This document shows positions 27,298 through 35,763 of a DNA stretch of 64,000 nucleotides, in pieces. The DNA is from Dehalococcoidia bacterium (GTDB lineage Bacteria > Chloroflexota > Dehalococcoidia > Lucifugimonadales > GCA-2712585). The stretch spans positions 2,539,045 through 2,603,044 of the forward strand of contig OY762063.1 in NCBI GenBank assembly GCA_963665075.1, read 5' to 3'. Under the pieces are notes generated by a model that was not told the DNA's origin, did no database searches, and saw only the letters and a program-made list of their open reading frames with translations. Positions within the stretch are counted from its first letter, which is position 1, and each line of letters begins with the position of its first letter. Both the position numbers and the translations under genes were made by a program.

Positions 27298-28029
27298 CTA
27301 CTGCTTCCAGAAGCGCTCTTCCTTGACGTTGAAGCCTTTGGGGCCCAGCCGCTCCTTCACGTCTTCAATCATGCCGGGATGTCCGCAGGCGTAGACCAGC
27401 GTGGAAGCAGGCTCCAGCCCCAGCTTCGCTATCTGATCTTCGACGATTTCGTTCGCGCGGCCTGAGGCGCCCGTCCAGCCGTCGTTCTTCGCTTCGCCGG
27501 GGCGGCTTACCGTTGGGATGAACGTGACGGTGTCGGGATGGTCGGCCTGCATCTCCTCCAACTCTTTATCGTAGACGAATTCGTCCTGGTAGCTGGCCCC
27601 TTCCAGCACGTAGAAGCGGTGTCCCTCGCCCTGGCGGTGGAAGTAGCTTCTGAGCATGCTGATGAAGGGCGCGACGCCGGTGACGGTGGCGACCATGAGG
27701 TGGGAGTTGTACTTTTCGTCCAGGGTGAAGATGCCCTTGCACCGGGGACGAATGGTCATGGTGTCGCCCTCCTTCATCTTCCACATCAGGGGAGTCAGCG
27801 CGCCGTCGGGATAGGGCACTAGCTCCACGAAGATCTCCAGGTCTTCTTCGTGGGGAGCCGAGACGATGGAGTAGGCCCGTTCGATGCCTTCCAGTCCCAG
27901 GGTGCAGTATTGGCCGGGCTTGAACGGCATTGCCGATTCCGGCCTCATCTTGATTATCATCAGGTCTTCGGTGATGTCCTTCCGCTCCACCAGAGCGGCT
28001 GTGGGCAGGCTTACCTGTCTGCGCGCCAT
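27298..28029 (-). CDS. Ferredoxin--NADP(+) reductase (FNR/Fpr type)
   Basis: FAD site RAYSIVS, NAD(P) site LMVATVTGVAPFISMLR, and C-terminal ACGHPGMIEDV...FWKQ. Confidence 0.85.
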   Translation of the reverse strand: MARRQVSLPTAALVERKDITEDLMIIKMRPESAMPFKPGQYCTLGLEGIERAYSIVSAPHEEDLEIFVELVPYPDGALTPLMWKMKEGDTMTIRPRCKGIFTLDEKYNSHLMVATVTGVAPFISMLRSYFHRQGEGHRFYVLEGASYQDEFVYDKELEEMQADHPDTVTFIPTVSRPGEAKNDGWTGASGRANEIVEDQIAKLGLEPASTLVYACGHPGMIEDVKERLGPKGFNVKEERFWKQ

Positions 28030-28071
28030 AACGTCCTCTTCGGTTCTAGATTCCCCCGATGGTGTTGGTGT

Positions 28072-30888
28072 TTACGATTCTACCTTGACGAGCCGGGCTG
28101 CGGCGATGTTCAACCCGGCAATCTGCGACATGGGGTCCGGGGATTGGCTAGCCTCTACTTCGACCATTAGCTGACCGAATAGCTGGGTGGAGGATACCAC
28201 GCCCCGCTGAAGCCCATCTTTGAAGGCGACTCTTCCCTGGAGGTTGAAGCCGTTGGTCTCCAGTTGCACTTTCACCAAGTCGCCCTCGCGGAGGCCCAGA
28301 ATCCGGCCGTCGTCCCTGTGCAGTTCGATTATCTCCTCTCGCTCAATGCGGTTGGATAGTCCCTTGACGACGGTCATCTCCCTTTCGGACTGGAGGAGTA
28401 CCCTTCCGGGAGCGAATAGCAGAGGGAAAGCCGCATCCTCAGCCAGTTCGGTCTTGCGATAGCCGGGTATGGGAATCCGCGGCTTGGCGCCCTCGAAGCC
28501 GTTGGCGAAGAGAATCTCCACGCCGGAGCTTTCGGCGTCGGGGCAGGGCCACTGGATGCCGTGATACTCCTTGTCGGAGTAGAGCACCTGGGTTGGGAGC
28601 GGGTTGCCCACGTCGGGCCGGAAGACCAGCTTCCCCTCGTCCTCGAGTCTACGATGGCTGACGCCGCCGTATATCGGTGAGACGCGGGCTATTTCGTCCA
28701 TAACCGCGGCGGTGTCGGGGAAATCGAAGCCCTTTGCGCCCATGCGCTGCGCCAACTGGCAGATTGCCCATGACTCCGGCTTGGCGTCGGTGTTCTTGGG
28801 GGATATTATGGGCCTCACCGACTGGATGCGGCGTTCCAGATTTGTGTACGTCCCGGTCTTCTCGGCGAAGGTGCTGCGGGGCAGGACAACGTCCGCCCGT
28901 TGAGCGGCGGCGCCGAGGAAGGTGTCCTGGACGACGAGGAAGTCAAGGGCTTCCAGCGCGGCAATGGCGTCTGCGCCTGGATTCGGCAGGTCGCCAACAA
29001 GGAATAGGGCTTTGACTTGACCGGTCCGGAGAATATCACGTTGGCCCAATCCCGATGCATTCGGAATTTCCGTGGGCCATTCTTGCTCTATGCGCTCTCG
29101 TGCTTCGTCATCGTCAAGGGAAGCGAATCCGGGAAGGTGGGTGGGAACGCAGCCGACGTCCCACGCGCCCTGGCTGTTGGCGCCGGGCTTTAGCGGGTAG
29201 ATGCCGGCGGCGGGCTTGCCCACGCTGCCCGTCAGCAGGGAGAGGGCAGTGAGGGCGTAGACGCAATCCTTGTGCAGCGTATCCGGCACGTTGTCCATGC
29301 CGTAAACGATGGAGGAGGGGTCGGCGGGCCCGTAGATTCGGATGGCGGCGTCGATCATATCCTTGGAGATGCCCGTTTGCGCCGAAATCTCCGCCATCTC
29401 CAGCGACGCCATTGCTTCACGTAAGTCGTCCAGGCCGTCGCAGTTTTCGTACAGCCACTCGCGGCGCTCCAATCCCTGATGCAGCAGCGACTTGACCAGT
29501 CCGTTCAGCAGCAGAAGCTCGGTGCCGGGCTTGGGCCGCAGCCACAAGTCGGCGTACCGGGTTAGCTCAACCTCGCGGGGGTCGATGACGATGAGCTTCG
29601 CGCCTTCCTTGACGGCCCGCTTGATGGGCACTGCCGCCACGTTGTGCTCCTCGGTGACGTTGGCGTTGAAGACGAGGATGCATTCCGCGTTCTCCAAGTC
29701 CCAGATGGGATTGGTGGCTGCGCCGAAGCCCAAGACTTCGTGGAGGGCCTTCACCGCTTCCGGCTGGGTGTTGGACGTGTAGTCCACGTTGTTGCTGCTC
29801 ATCACGACGCGGGAGAATTTCTGGGCTAGGTAGTGTTCCTCGTTGGCGCTGTCCGACGCCGATAGCATGGCGAAGGAATCGCCTCGGTATTCGCTTAGTC
29901 GCTCTGCGACGTATTCCAGGGCTTCGTCCCAGGTGGCTTTCTCCAGTGAGCCGTTACGCCTGATGAGGGGAGTCTTCAGACGCTTCTTGTCGTTGACGAA
30001 GTCCAAGCCGAACTTGCCCTTGAAGCAGCCTTGCCCCCGATTGGCGGGAGAGCTGATTTCCGGCACGGAGCGGACGACTTTCTCGAAGCGGTTCACTTCG
30101 AGATTAAGCTGGCAGCCGACGGGGCAGTGGGGGCAGATGGTGCGCTCTACCTGCTGCGCCTTCTCCCACTTGTGGTCGCTCTCCACCAGTGCTCCGACGG
30201 GGCAAACGTCCAGGCAGGCGCCGCAGAACTCGCAGCCGGATTCGAGGAGGGACGTGCCGGCGGAAGTGCCGACTAAGGCTTGTCCGGCGCGTTCGGTGAA
30301 GGTGATGGCATTGTCGCCGCGTACTTCTTCGCAGATGCGGACGCAGCGTCCGCACACGATGCAAAGGTTGTAGTCCCGGTCGTAGAAGGGATCGCCCGTC
30401 TCCACGGGCAGGTCGCGGTACTTGTACTCCAGCGGCGATTCCATCTCCATGCCAAGATAGCGGACGGTGTCCTTGAGCTCGCAGCGCTCGTTCTTGGGGC
30501 AGGTGACGCATCGGTCGTTGACGGACACGTGGCGCAGGCAAACATCCTGCGGGCCGCACAGGTCCACCCGGTGGCAGGTCAGGCACCCGTGGGGATGGTC
30601 GGCAATCAGCAGTTCCATCACGTCCCTGCGAAGCTCGTGCACCTGGCTGCTGTTGTTCCGCACCTTCATGCCTTCGGCGACGGGCAGGGTGCACGACGCC
30701 GGAAAGCCGCGTCCGTTCTCCACCTCGACGACGCACATTCGGCAGGCGGCGAAGGGCTTCATGCCGGGGTGATAGCAGAGGTAGGGGATGTAGATGCCCG
30801 CCTCTATGGCGGCTTCCAGCACCGTCTGGTCGCGGCGCGCCTTGACCTCTACGCCGTCGATGGTGATGGTTACGCGGTCTTCGGCCAT
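28072..30888 (-). CDS. NAD-linked formate dehydrogenase catalytic (molybdopterin) subunit, NuoG-like N-terminus
   Basis: N-terminal 2Fe-2S and 4Fe-4S Cys clusters, then CPHCPVGCQLNLEV (Mo-bisPGD 4Fe-4S). RGQGCFKGKFG has Cys at the Sec/Cys Mo-ligand position. ATG 30888 follows GGAGG. Confidence 0.88.
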   Translation of the reverse strand: MAEDRVTITIDGVEVKARRDQTVLEAAIEAGIYIPYLCYHPGMKPFAACRMCVVEVENGRGFPASCTLPVAEGMKVRNNSSQVHELRRDVMELLIADHPHGCLTCHRVDLCGPQDVCLRHVSVNDRCVTCPKNERCELKDTVRYLGMEMESPLEYKYRDLPVETGDPFYDRDYNLCIVCGRCVRICEEVRGDNAITFTERAGQALVGTSAGTSLLESGCEFCGACLDVCPVGALVESDHKWEKAQQVERTICPHCPVGCQLNLEVNRFEKVVRSVPEISSPANRGQGCFKGKFGLDFVNDKKRLKTPLIRRNGSLEKATWDEALEYVAERLSEYRGDSFAMLSASDSANEEHYLAQKFSRVVMSSNNVDYTSNTQPEAVKALHEVLGFGAATNPIWDLENAECILVFNANVTEEHNVAAVPIKRAVKEGAKLIVIDPREVELTRYADLWLRPKPGTELLLLNGLVKSLLHQGLERREWLYENCDGLDDLREAMASLEMAEISAQTGISKDMIDAAIRIYGPADPSSIVYGMDNVPDTLHKDCVYALTALSLLTGSVGKPAAGIYPLKPGANSQGAWDVGCVPTHLPGFASLDDDEARERIEQEWPTEIPNASGLGQRDILRTGQVKALFLVGDLPNPGADAIAALEALDFLVVQDTFLGAAAQRADVVLPRSTFAEKTGTYTNLERRIQSVRPIISPKNTDAKPESWAICQLAQRMGAKGFDFPDTAAVMDEIARVSPIYGGVSHRRLEDEGKLVFRPDVGNPLPTQVLYSDKEYHGIQWPCPDAESSGVEILFANGFEGAKPRIPIPGYRKTELAEDAAFPLLFAPGRVLLQSEREMTVVKGLSNRIEREEIIELHRDDGRILGLREGDLVKVQLETNGFNLQGRVAFKDGLQRGVVSSTQLFGQLMVEVEASQSPDPMSQIAGLNIAAARLVKVES

Positions 30889-30892
30889 CGGG

Positions 30893-32605
30893 TTACCTCC
30901 GTACGCGGGTGGGGGAATGCCACAGGCCAGGGCAGGTTCCCGTGGGGCAAACTTTGTCATTCAAGTGTTGGTCGAATTCTTCCCGGAAATAGCGCACCGC
31001 CGAGGACACGGGATTGAATCCCAGCTGCCCGTGGCCGCATAGGGACCCGGCCTGCATACTGCGCCCTACGCGGCCCATGAGGGCCATGTCTTCGGGAGTG
31101 CTGTCCATCCGACAGATGCGCTCCAGCACCTCCAGCAGGTGGGTCATTCCGGTGCGGCAGGGGAAGCACTTGCCGCAGGACTCGTACTGGCAGAAGGCGA
31201 TTAACGCGCGGGTAAGGTCTACGACGCAGGCGTCTTCGCTGGCGGCGATGAGTCCGCCGGAACCCAGAATCGCCCCCGCCTTTGACATGGCGTCGAAGTC
31301 GAGGGCAATGTCCAAGTCGTCGGCGCTGAGGACGCCGCCGAGAGGCCCGCCGGTCTGCAATAGCTTGAGATCTTTGCCGTCTGGGACGCCGCCGCCCATC
31401 TGCTCAACCACTTGCCGCAGGGTCATGCCCATCGGCACCTCGGCCATGCCGGTGTAGGCCAGGTCTCCCGAGAGGCAGAGGATGGCGGTGCCGGTGCTGC
31501 GGTCCTGACCGATTCCGGCGAACCACTGGCCGCCGTTGAGGACAATCTGGGGAACGTAGGCGAGGGTCTTCACGTTGTTGATGTTGCTTGGCTTGCCGAA
31601 CAGCCCTATCTGGGCAGGGAAGGGCGGACGGAAGCGAGGCATCGCCCTCTTGCCCTCGATGGACTCCATCAGGGCGGTTTCCTCGCCGGCGACGTAGGAG
31701 TCGCCGGTGAGGGAAACTTCCATGTCGAAGCAGAAGTTGGAGCCGAAGATGTTGCGTCCCAGGATACCCAACTGTTTCGCCTGCTCGATGGCGCGCCAGG
31801 TGCGGTCGATAGGCCCGTCGTGTCCGTGGCGGATGAAGACGTAGCCCATAGTCGCGCCGGTGGCGTAGCCCGCCAGGATTACGCCTTCTATGAGGCTGTG
31901 GGGGTCGCTTTCCAGGATGCCTTTGTCGTTGAAGGCGCCGGGGTCGCCTTCCTCGCAGTTGACGAGGATGTACTTGACGGGGCTGTTGGCGCCGGCGAGG
32001 AAGTTCCACTTCATCCCCGTTGGGAAAGCCGCGCCTCCCCTACCCCTCAGTCCGGAATCGCTGACCTCCTGCCGCACCTCGTCCGGCGTCATCTCAGTCA
32101 GCGCCTTGTGCAGGGCCGCGTAGCCGTCGTTGGCCACGTACTGGTGGATGTCCATTGGGTCAACCTGTCCGGCGTTGCGAAGGGCGATGCGGCGCTGCGG
32201 CTTCATCATCGGATGGTCCCACAGGGAAGGGATGCTGCCGTTCAGGTGATTGCCCACGGCGCCGAGGGCTGCATCGGCCAGAGGTTGTCCTTCCAGCAGG
32301 TGTTCATCGACGATGCGGGTTGCCAATTCGGGCGTCACGTTGCGGTAGACGACGCGGGAGCCGTCAGGCATTGACACGTCCACCAGCGGCTCGGCGAAGC
32401 AGGGGCCGAGGCATCCGACCTCGCTGACCATTGCGCTGACGCGCTTCTGGTCCATCCGCTCGACGAGCGCGGCGATAACGGCGTCGGCTCCCGCGGCCTT
32501 GCCGCAGAGAGCGGCGCCAATTCTAATCCAGGGACGGGTTCCCGATGTCAGCCCCCGCCACCGGTCAAGGCCCTGCTCCCTGATTTCTTCGAAGCTAGGA
32601 GGCAA
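30893..32605 (-). CDS. NuoF-like NAD/FMN/4Fe-4S subunit of formate dehydrogenase
   Basis: SGLRGRGGAAFPTGMKWNF (FMN/NADH site) and ESCGKCFPCRTG. The start is ambiguous: TTG 32605 after GGAGGA, or the listed 32662, which overlaps the upstream gene by 68 nt. Confidence 0.86.
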   Translation of the reverse strand: MPPSFEEIREQGLDRWRGLTSGTRPWIRIGAALCGKAAGADAVIAALVERMDQKRVSAMVSEVGCLGPCFAEPLVDVSMPDGSRVVYRNVTPELATRIVDEHLLEGQPLADAALGAVGNHLNGSIPSLWDHPMMKPQRRIALRNAGQVDPMDIHQYVANDGYAALHKALTEMTPDEVRQEVSDSGLRGRGGAAFPTGMKWNFLAGANSPVKYILVNCEEGDPGAFNDKGILESDPHSLIEGVILAGYATGATMGYVFIRHGHDGPIDRTWRAIEQAKQLGILGRNIFGSNFCFDMEVSLTGDSYVAGEETALMESIEGKRAMPRFRPPFPAQIGLFGKPSNINNVKTLAYVPQIVLNGGQWFAGIGQDRSTGTAILCLSGDLAYTGMAEVPMGMTLRQVVEQMGGGVPDGKDLKLLQTGGPLGGVLSADDLDIALDFDAMSKAGAILGSGGLIAASEDACVVDLTRALIAFCQYESCGKCFPCRTGMTHLLEVLERICRMDSTPEDMALMGRVGRSMQAGSLCGHGQLGFNPVSSAVRYFREEFDQHLNDKVCPTGTCPGLWHSPTRVRR

Positions 32606-33098
32606 CGTCGTCCTCCGGGGAAAGCCCGTTCCTGAGTCCGTTGAGAACTTGACGCGCCTCATCCGGCGTCATTCTGCCCATCAGATGATGATCGACGCTG
32701 ATTACGGGCCCGTTGGCGCAAGCCCCGAGACAGGTGTTGAAGCGAAGGCTCACGTTGCCGTCCCTGGTTGAGCCTTCCTCCTCGATACCCAGGGTCTGCA
32801 TGACCTCACGGATGACGGGCATGACGCCCTTGACGTGGCAGGTGGGGCCCCAGCACACCTCCACCCTGTGACGACCCGGTGGCTGAAACTGGAAGTTCGT
32901 GTAGAAGGACGCCACGCCCCAAACGTCGTTGATGGTGGAGCCGGTGACGCGGGCCACCTCCTCGGCGGCCTCCGGTGGGATATAGCCCAACTCGTCCTCC
33001 ACTGCCAACAGGCATGAAAGGACGGTTACGGTTTCGGGCTTCTGCTCCCTGATGGCTTGGGCGGCCCGTTGTCTCAGAACGCCGGAATTTGCGGTCAC
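32595..33098 (-). CDS. NuoE-like 2Fe-2S subunit of formate dehydrogenase
   Basis: LLAVEDELGYIP, VCWGPTCHVKG and CLGACANGPV are the NuoE-family Cys motifs. Confidence 0.86.
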   Translation of the reverse strand: MTANSGVLRQRAAQAIREQKPETVTVLSCLLAVEDELGYIPPEAAEEVARVTGSTINDVWGVASFYTNFQFQPPGRHRVEVCWGPTCHVKGVMPVIREVMQTLGIEEEGSTRDGNVSLRFNTCLGACANGPVISVDHHLMGRMTPDEARQVLNGLRNGLSPEDDVAS

Positions 33099-33231
33099 GC
33101 AATCTCCAATTTCGCTAATTTACATATCGCTGGAATGGTAGCACAGCCCTAAGCAAGGTTCAATTGGCGCAAAATCGGCTGAGTGAGTCCATACGCTTCA
33201 TGTCTGAGACGATACAGCCTGGGGCTTGCTG

Positions 33232-34554
33232 CTATTCTCCGTGGTCTTGCAGCGCCAGCCGGGCGACCTTCCGTCCCAGCTTGACGCTGTAGTTGGTGCC
33301 CCTGTCCTCAGGGTAGATCTGGGTGGTGTTGGCGAGGTACAACCCCGGTATGGGCGTCCGCAGGTCCGGTATCTGCTGTCCGTAGTTGACGCCGATGATG
33401 GGCTGTGCCGCGTCTACCTTGTGATGATGGTAGTCCACAATCCAGGAACGGTCGAAGTTGGGATTCACGCTGGAGAGGTGGGGGAGGTATTCTTCAAGAA
33501 GCTCGTCCGGCGTCATCTGGTAGATGGGTTCGTCGGTGGCGGGGTAGTTGGTGAGGTAGACGACGTGGTTGCCGCCGTAGAGATCGGGGGAGACGAAGTT
33601 CGTTTGCTCGATGATGCCGACGAAGGGGATGGAGCGGTCGGCGATGTTGAGCCAGTATTTTTCGGTTAGCGGGCGGTCCAGGACGAGGATGGCGAGCACC
33701 GCGGACAGATAGGTTACGTCGGCCAGACGGCGCTTATAGTCGTCCGGCAGCATGGGGGCAAGGCGGGTGAATACGTAGGAAGGAGTCGTGGCGATGACGG
33801 CGTCGTAGCGTCTGGTCTCCGGTTCGCCGCCGCGAGTCTGGACCTCCAGCCCCACGGCGCGCCCGTCTTCTACGATGACGCGTCTTACGCCGGTGGAGAG
33901 GCGCACGTCGCCGCCCATGCGCTTGATTTCCCGGTCGAGGGCGTCGAATATCTCGCCGAAGCTGCCCATCGGATAGCCCAGCTTCTCCTTCTCCCAGATG
34001 CGCTCCCTGGAGGCTACCCGCAGGTAGATCTTGCCCCACAGCCAGGCCATGCTGACCTTGTCGTAGTGGCGGCCGAACTTGCCGCGCAGCATCGGCTCCC
34101 AGATGACTTCGTAAGGACGGCGACCGACGCGCTTCTGAAGCCATTCAAGGGCGGTAACGTCTTCAAATCGCTGCCAATTCTTGGTCTTTTGCAGGTAAAG
34201 GGTCACGAGACCCAGACGGACTCTGTCGATGAAACTGAGGGGAGTGAAGGTGAGCAGGTCTTTGGGGGAGGCGAAGTTCCAGATTTTGCCGCCGTGGTAG
34301 AGGCCGACTTTGGATTCGATCCAGTGGAGCTTGGGGCCTAGTCCAAGCTGATGGATTAGGTCCACGATGTCCGTGTCGCTCCTGAACAGGTGGTGATAGC
34401 CCTTCTCCAGCAGGCCGCCGCCCACTTCGAAGGTTGAGGCCTGACCACCCAGGAAGGGGGCGACTTCGAAGACTTCCAGCTTGTGACCTTCGAGGCATAG
34501 GTCGTAGGCGGCTGCAAGGCCCAGGGCGCCTCCGCCGATAATGGCTACCTTCAC
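33232..34554 (-). CDS. FAD-dependent oxidoreductase (amine oxidase / phytoene desaturase-like)
   Basis: N-terminal MKVAIIGGGALGLAAAYDL...EVFE...GGQ dinucleotide-binding fold; 440 aa. Confidence 0.72.
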   Translation of the reverse strand: MKVAIIGGGALGLAAAYDLCLEGHKLEVFEVAPFLGGQASTFEVGGGLLEKGYHHLFRSDTDIVDLIHQLGLGPKLHWIESKVGLYHGGKIWNFASPKDLLTFTPLSFIDRVRLGLVTLYLQKTKNWQRFEDVTALEWLQKRVGRRPYEVIWEPMLRGKFGRHYDKVSMAWLWGKIYLRVASRERIWEKEKLGYPMGSFGEIFDALDREIKRMGGDVRLSTGVRRVIVEDGRAVGLEVQTRGGEPETRRYDAVIATTPSYVFTRLAPMLPDDYKRRLADVTYLSAVLAILVLDRPLTEKYWLNIADRSIPFVGIIEQTNFVSPDLYGGNHVVYLTNYPATDEPIYQMTPDELLEEYLPHLSSVNPNFDRSWIVDYHHHKVDAAQPIIGVNYGQQIPDLRTPIPGLYLANTTQIYPEDRGTNYSVKLGRKVARLALQDHGE

Positions 34555-34581
34555 CGTTCCTCCTGAATCGAGGCCAACTGC

Positions 34582-35661
34582 TCAGACTTTTCCGCGGCTC
34601 AGGCGGGGATAGTCTTTGTCTTCCCGCCGCATGAGGCGGGAGAGGGAGATGTTGCCGAACCAGAGATAGAGGAGTCCCAACACGGTTACGGGGAGAAGGG
34701 CCGTTACGTGCACGAGGACGGCGTAGGCTCCGGCGACGCCCTCGCCGCCGCCGATCCCGCCGCCGAGACCCACGAGGGCAAGGGCCGCGACGGCCGGAGC
34801 CTCGAAGGTGCCCAACGAACCGGGGGAGGAGGGTATGGACGTGGCCAGGTTGGACACCGCCGTCACAAGAATCACCACCGGTATGACCATCGCGGCGGGT
34901 TCGAAATAGCTGGGAAGGTCGAAGGAGAGGGCGACGACGAGGTACATGCTTCCTTCCAGAAGCCAAACGGGTAGAGAGAGGAGGAACAGTCCCAGGTGCC
35001 GGCGCGGTTCGCGCAGTACGGAGAGTCCTTCTACGAAAAATGCAATGAGTTCGCGCGCCTTGGGTCGCAAGGGCTTGGGCAGCAGGTTCGCCAGCCTTTC
35101 GATGAAGCCGCTGAATCCCGGCTTGAGGGCGATGAGGGTAAGAACGACGATGGCGCCGATGAACACGAGGGCGGTTATGCCGCCTACGATGGCCCAGGTT
35201 ACTTCCGAAGTTGTTCCAGAGCCGTCAACTATCCCGCCAAAGATGAGAAAAGGTACGGCCAACGCCACCAGGAAAAGCAGGGTCAGGCCGTCGTAGACTC
35301 TCTCAACCAGAACCGTCGCCAAGCCGGTGCTGGCGCTCAAGCCCTCCCGTCGACCAAGATAGTAGGCCCTTGCAATCTCGCCTAGACGGGCGGGCAGCAG
35401 GTTGTTCGCCATGTATCCCACCGTGACGACGGGGAACAGGCGGGCGACGGGAATGCGGCTTACCGGAGTCAGCAGGAACTGCCATCGAATCGACCGGAAG
35501 AAGAGGGCCACGAAGTATAGAACGATGGCGGGAAGGATGAAGCGGTATTTGGCGGATGCCAGCGCATTGCCCATCTCCCCCAAGTCTACGATGAAGAAGA
35601 AGAGGAGGAGGAAGGCGAGGCTGACTGCCATGCCCAGGAGAAAGCGGCGGCTGATTAACAA
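34582..35661 (-). CDS. Flippase-like / LPG-synthase-TM (UPF0104) membrane protein
   Basis: Polytopic. FFRSIRWQFLL and GYMANNLLPARLGEIARAYY are characteristic of this family. Confidence 0.7.
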   Translation of the reverse strand: MLISRRFLLGMAVSLAFLLLFFFIVDLGEMGNALASAKYRFILPAIVLYFVALFFRSIRWQFLLTPVSRIPVARLFPVVTVGYMANNLLPARLGEIARAYYLGRREGLSASTGLATVLVERVYDGLTLLFLVALAVPFLIFGGIVDGSGTTSEVTWAIVGGITALVFIGAIVVLTLIALKPGFSGFIERLANLLPKPLRPKARELIAFFVEGLSVLREPRRHLGLFLLSLPVWLLEGSMYLVVALSFDLPSYFEPAAMVIPVVILVTAVSNLATSIPSSPGSLGTFEAPAVAALALVGLGGGIGGGEGVAGAYAVLVHVTALLPVTVLGLLYLWFGNISLSRLMRREDKDYPRLSRGKV

Positions 35662-35763
35662 TTTTTTCTCACTTGGTCAATCGCGCTTCACGTGAGTAAT
35701 CCCGTAAAAGTATAGCTTGGATTGGGCGTCATGTCTTTATGTCGGGGCGCGCCGACTTCGGGT

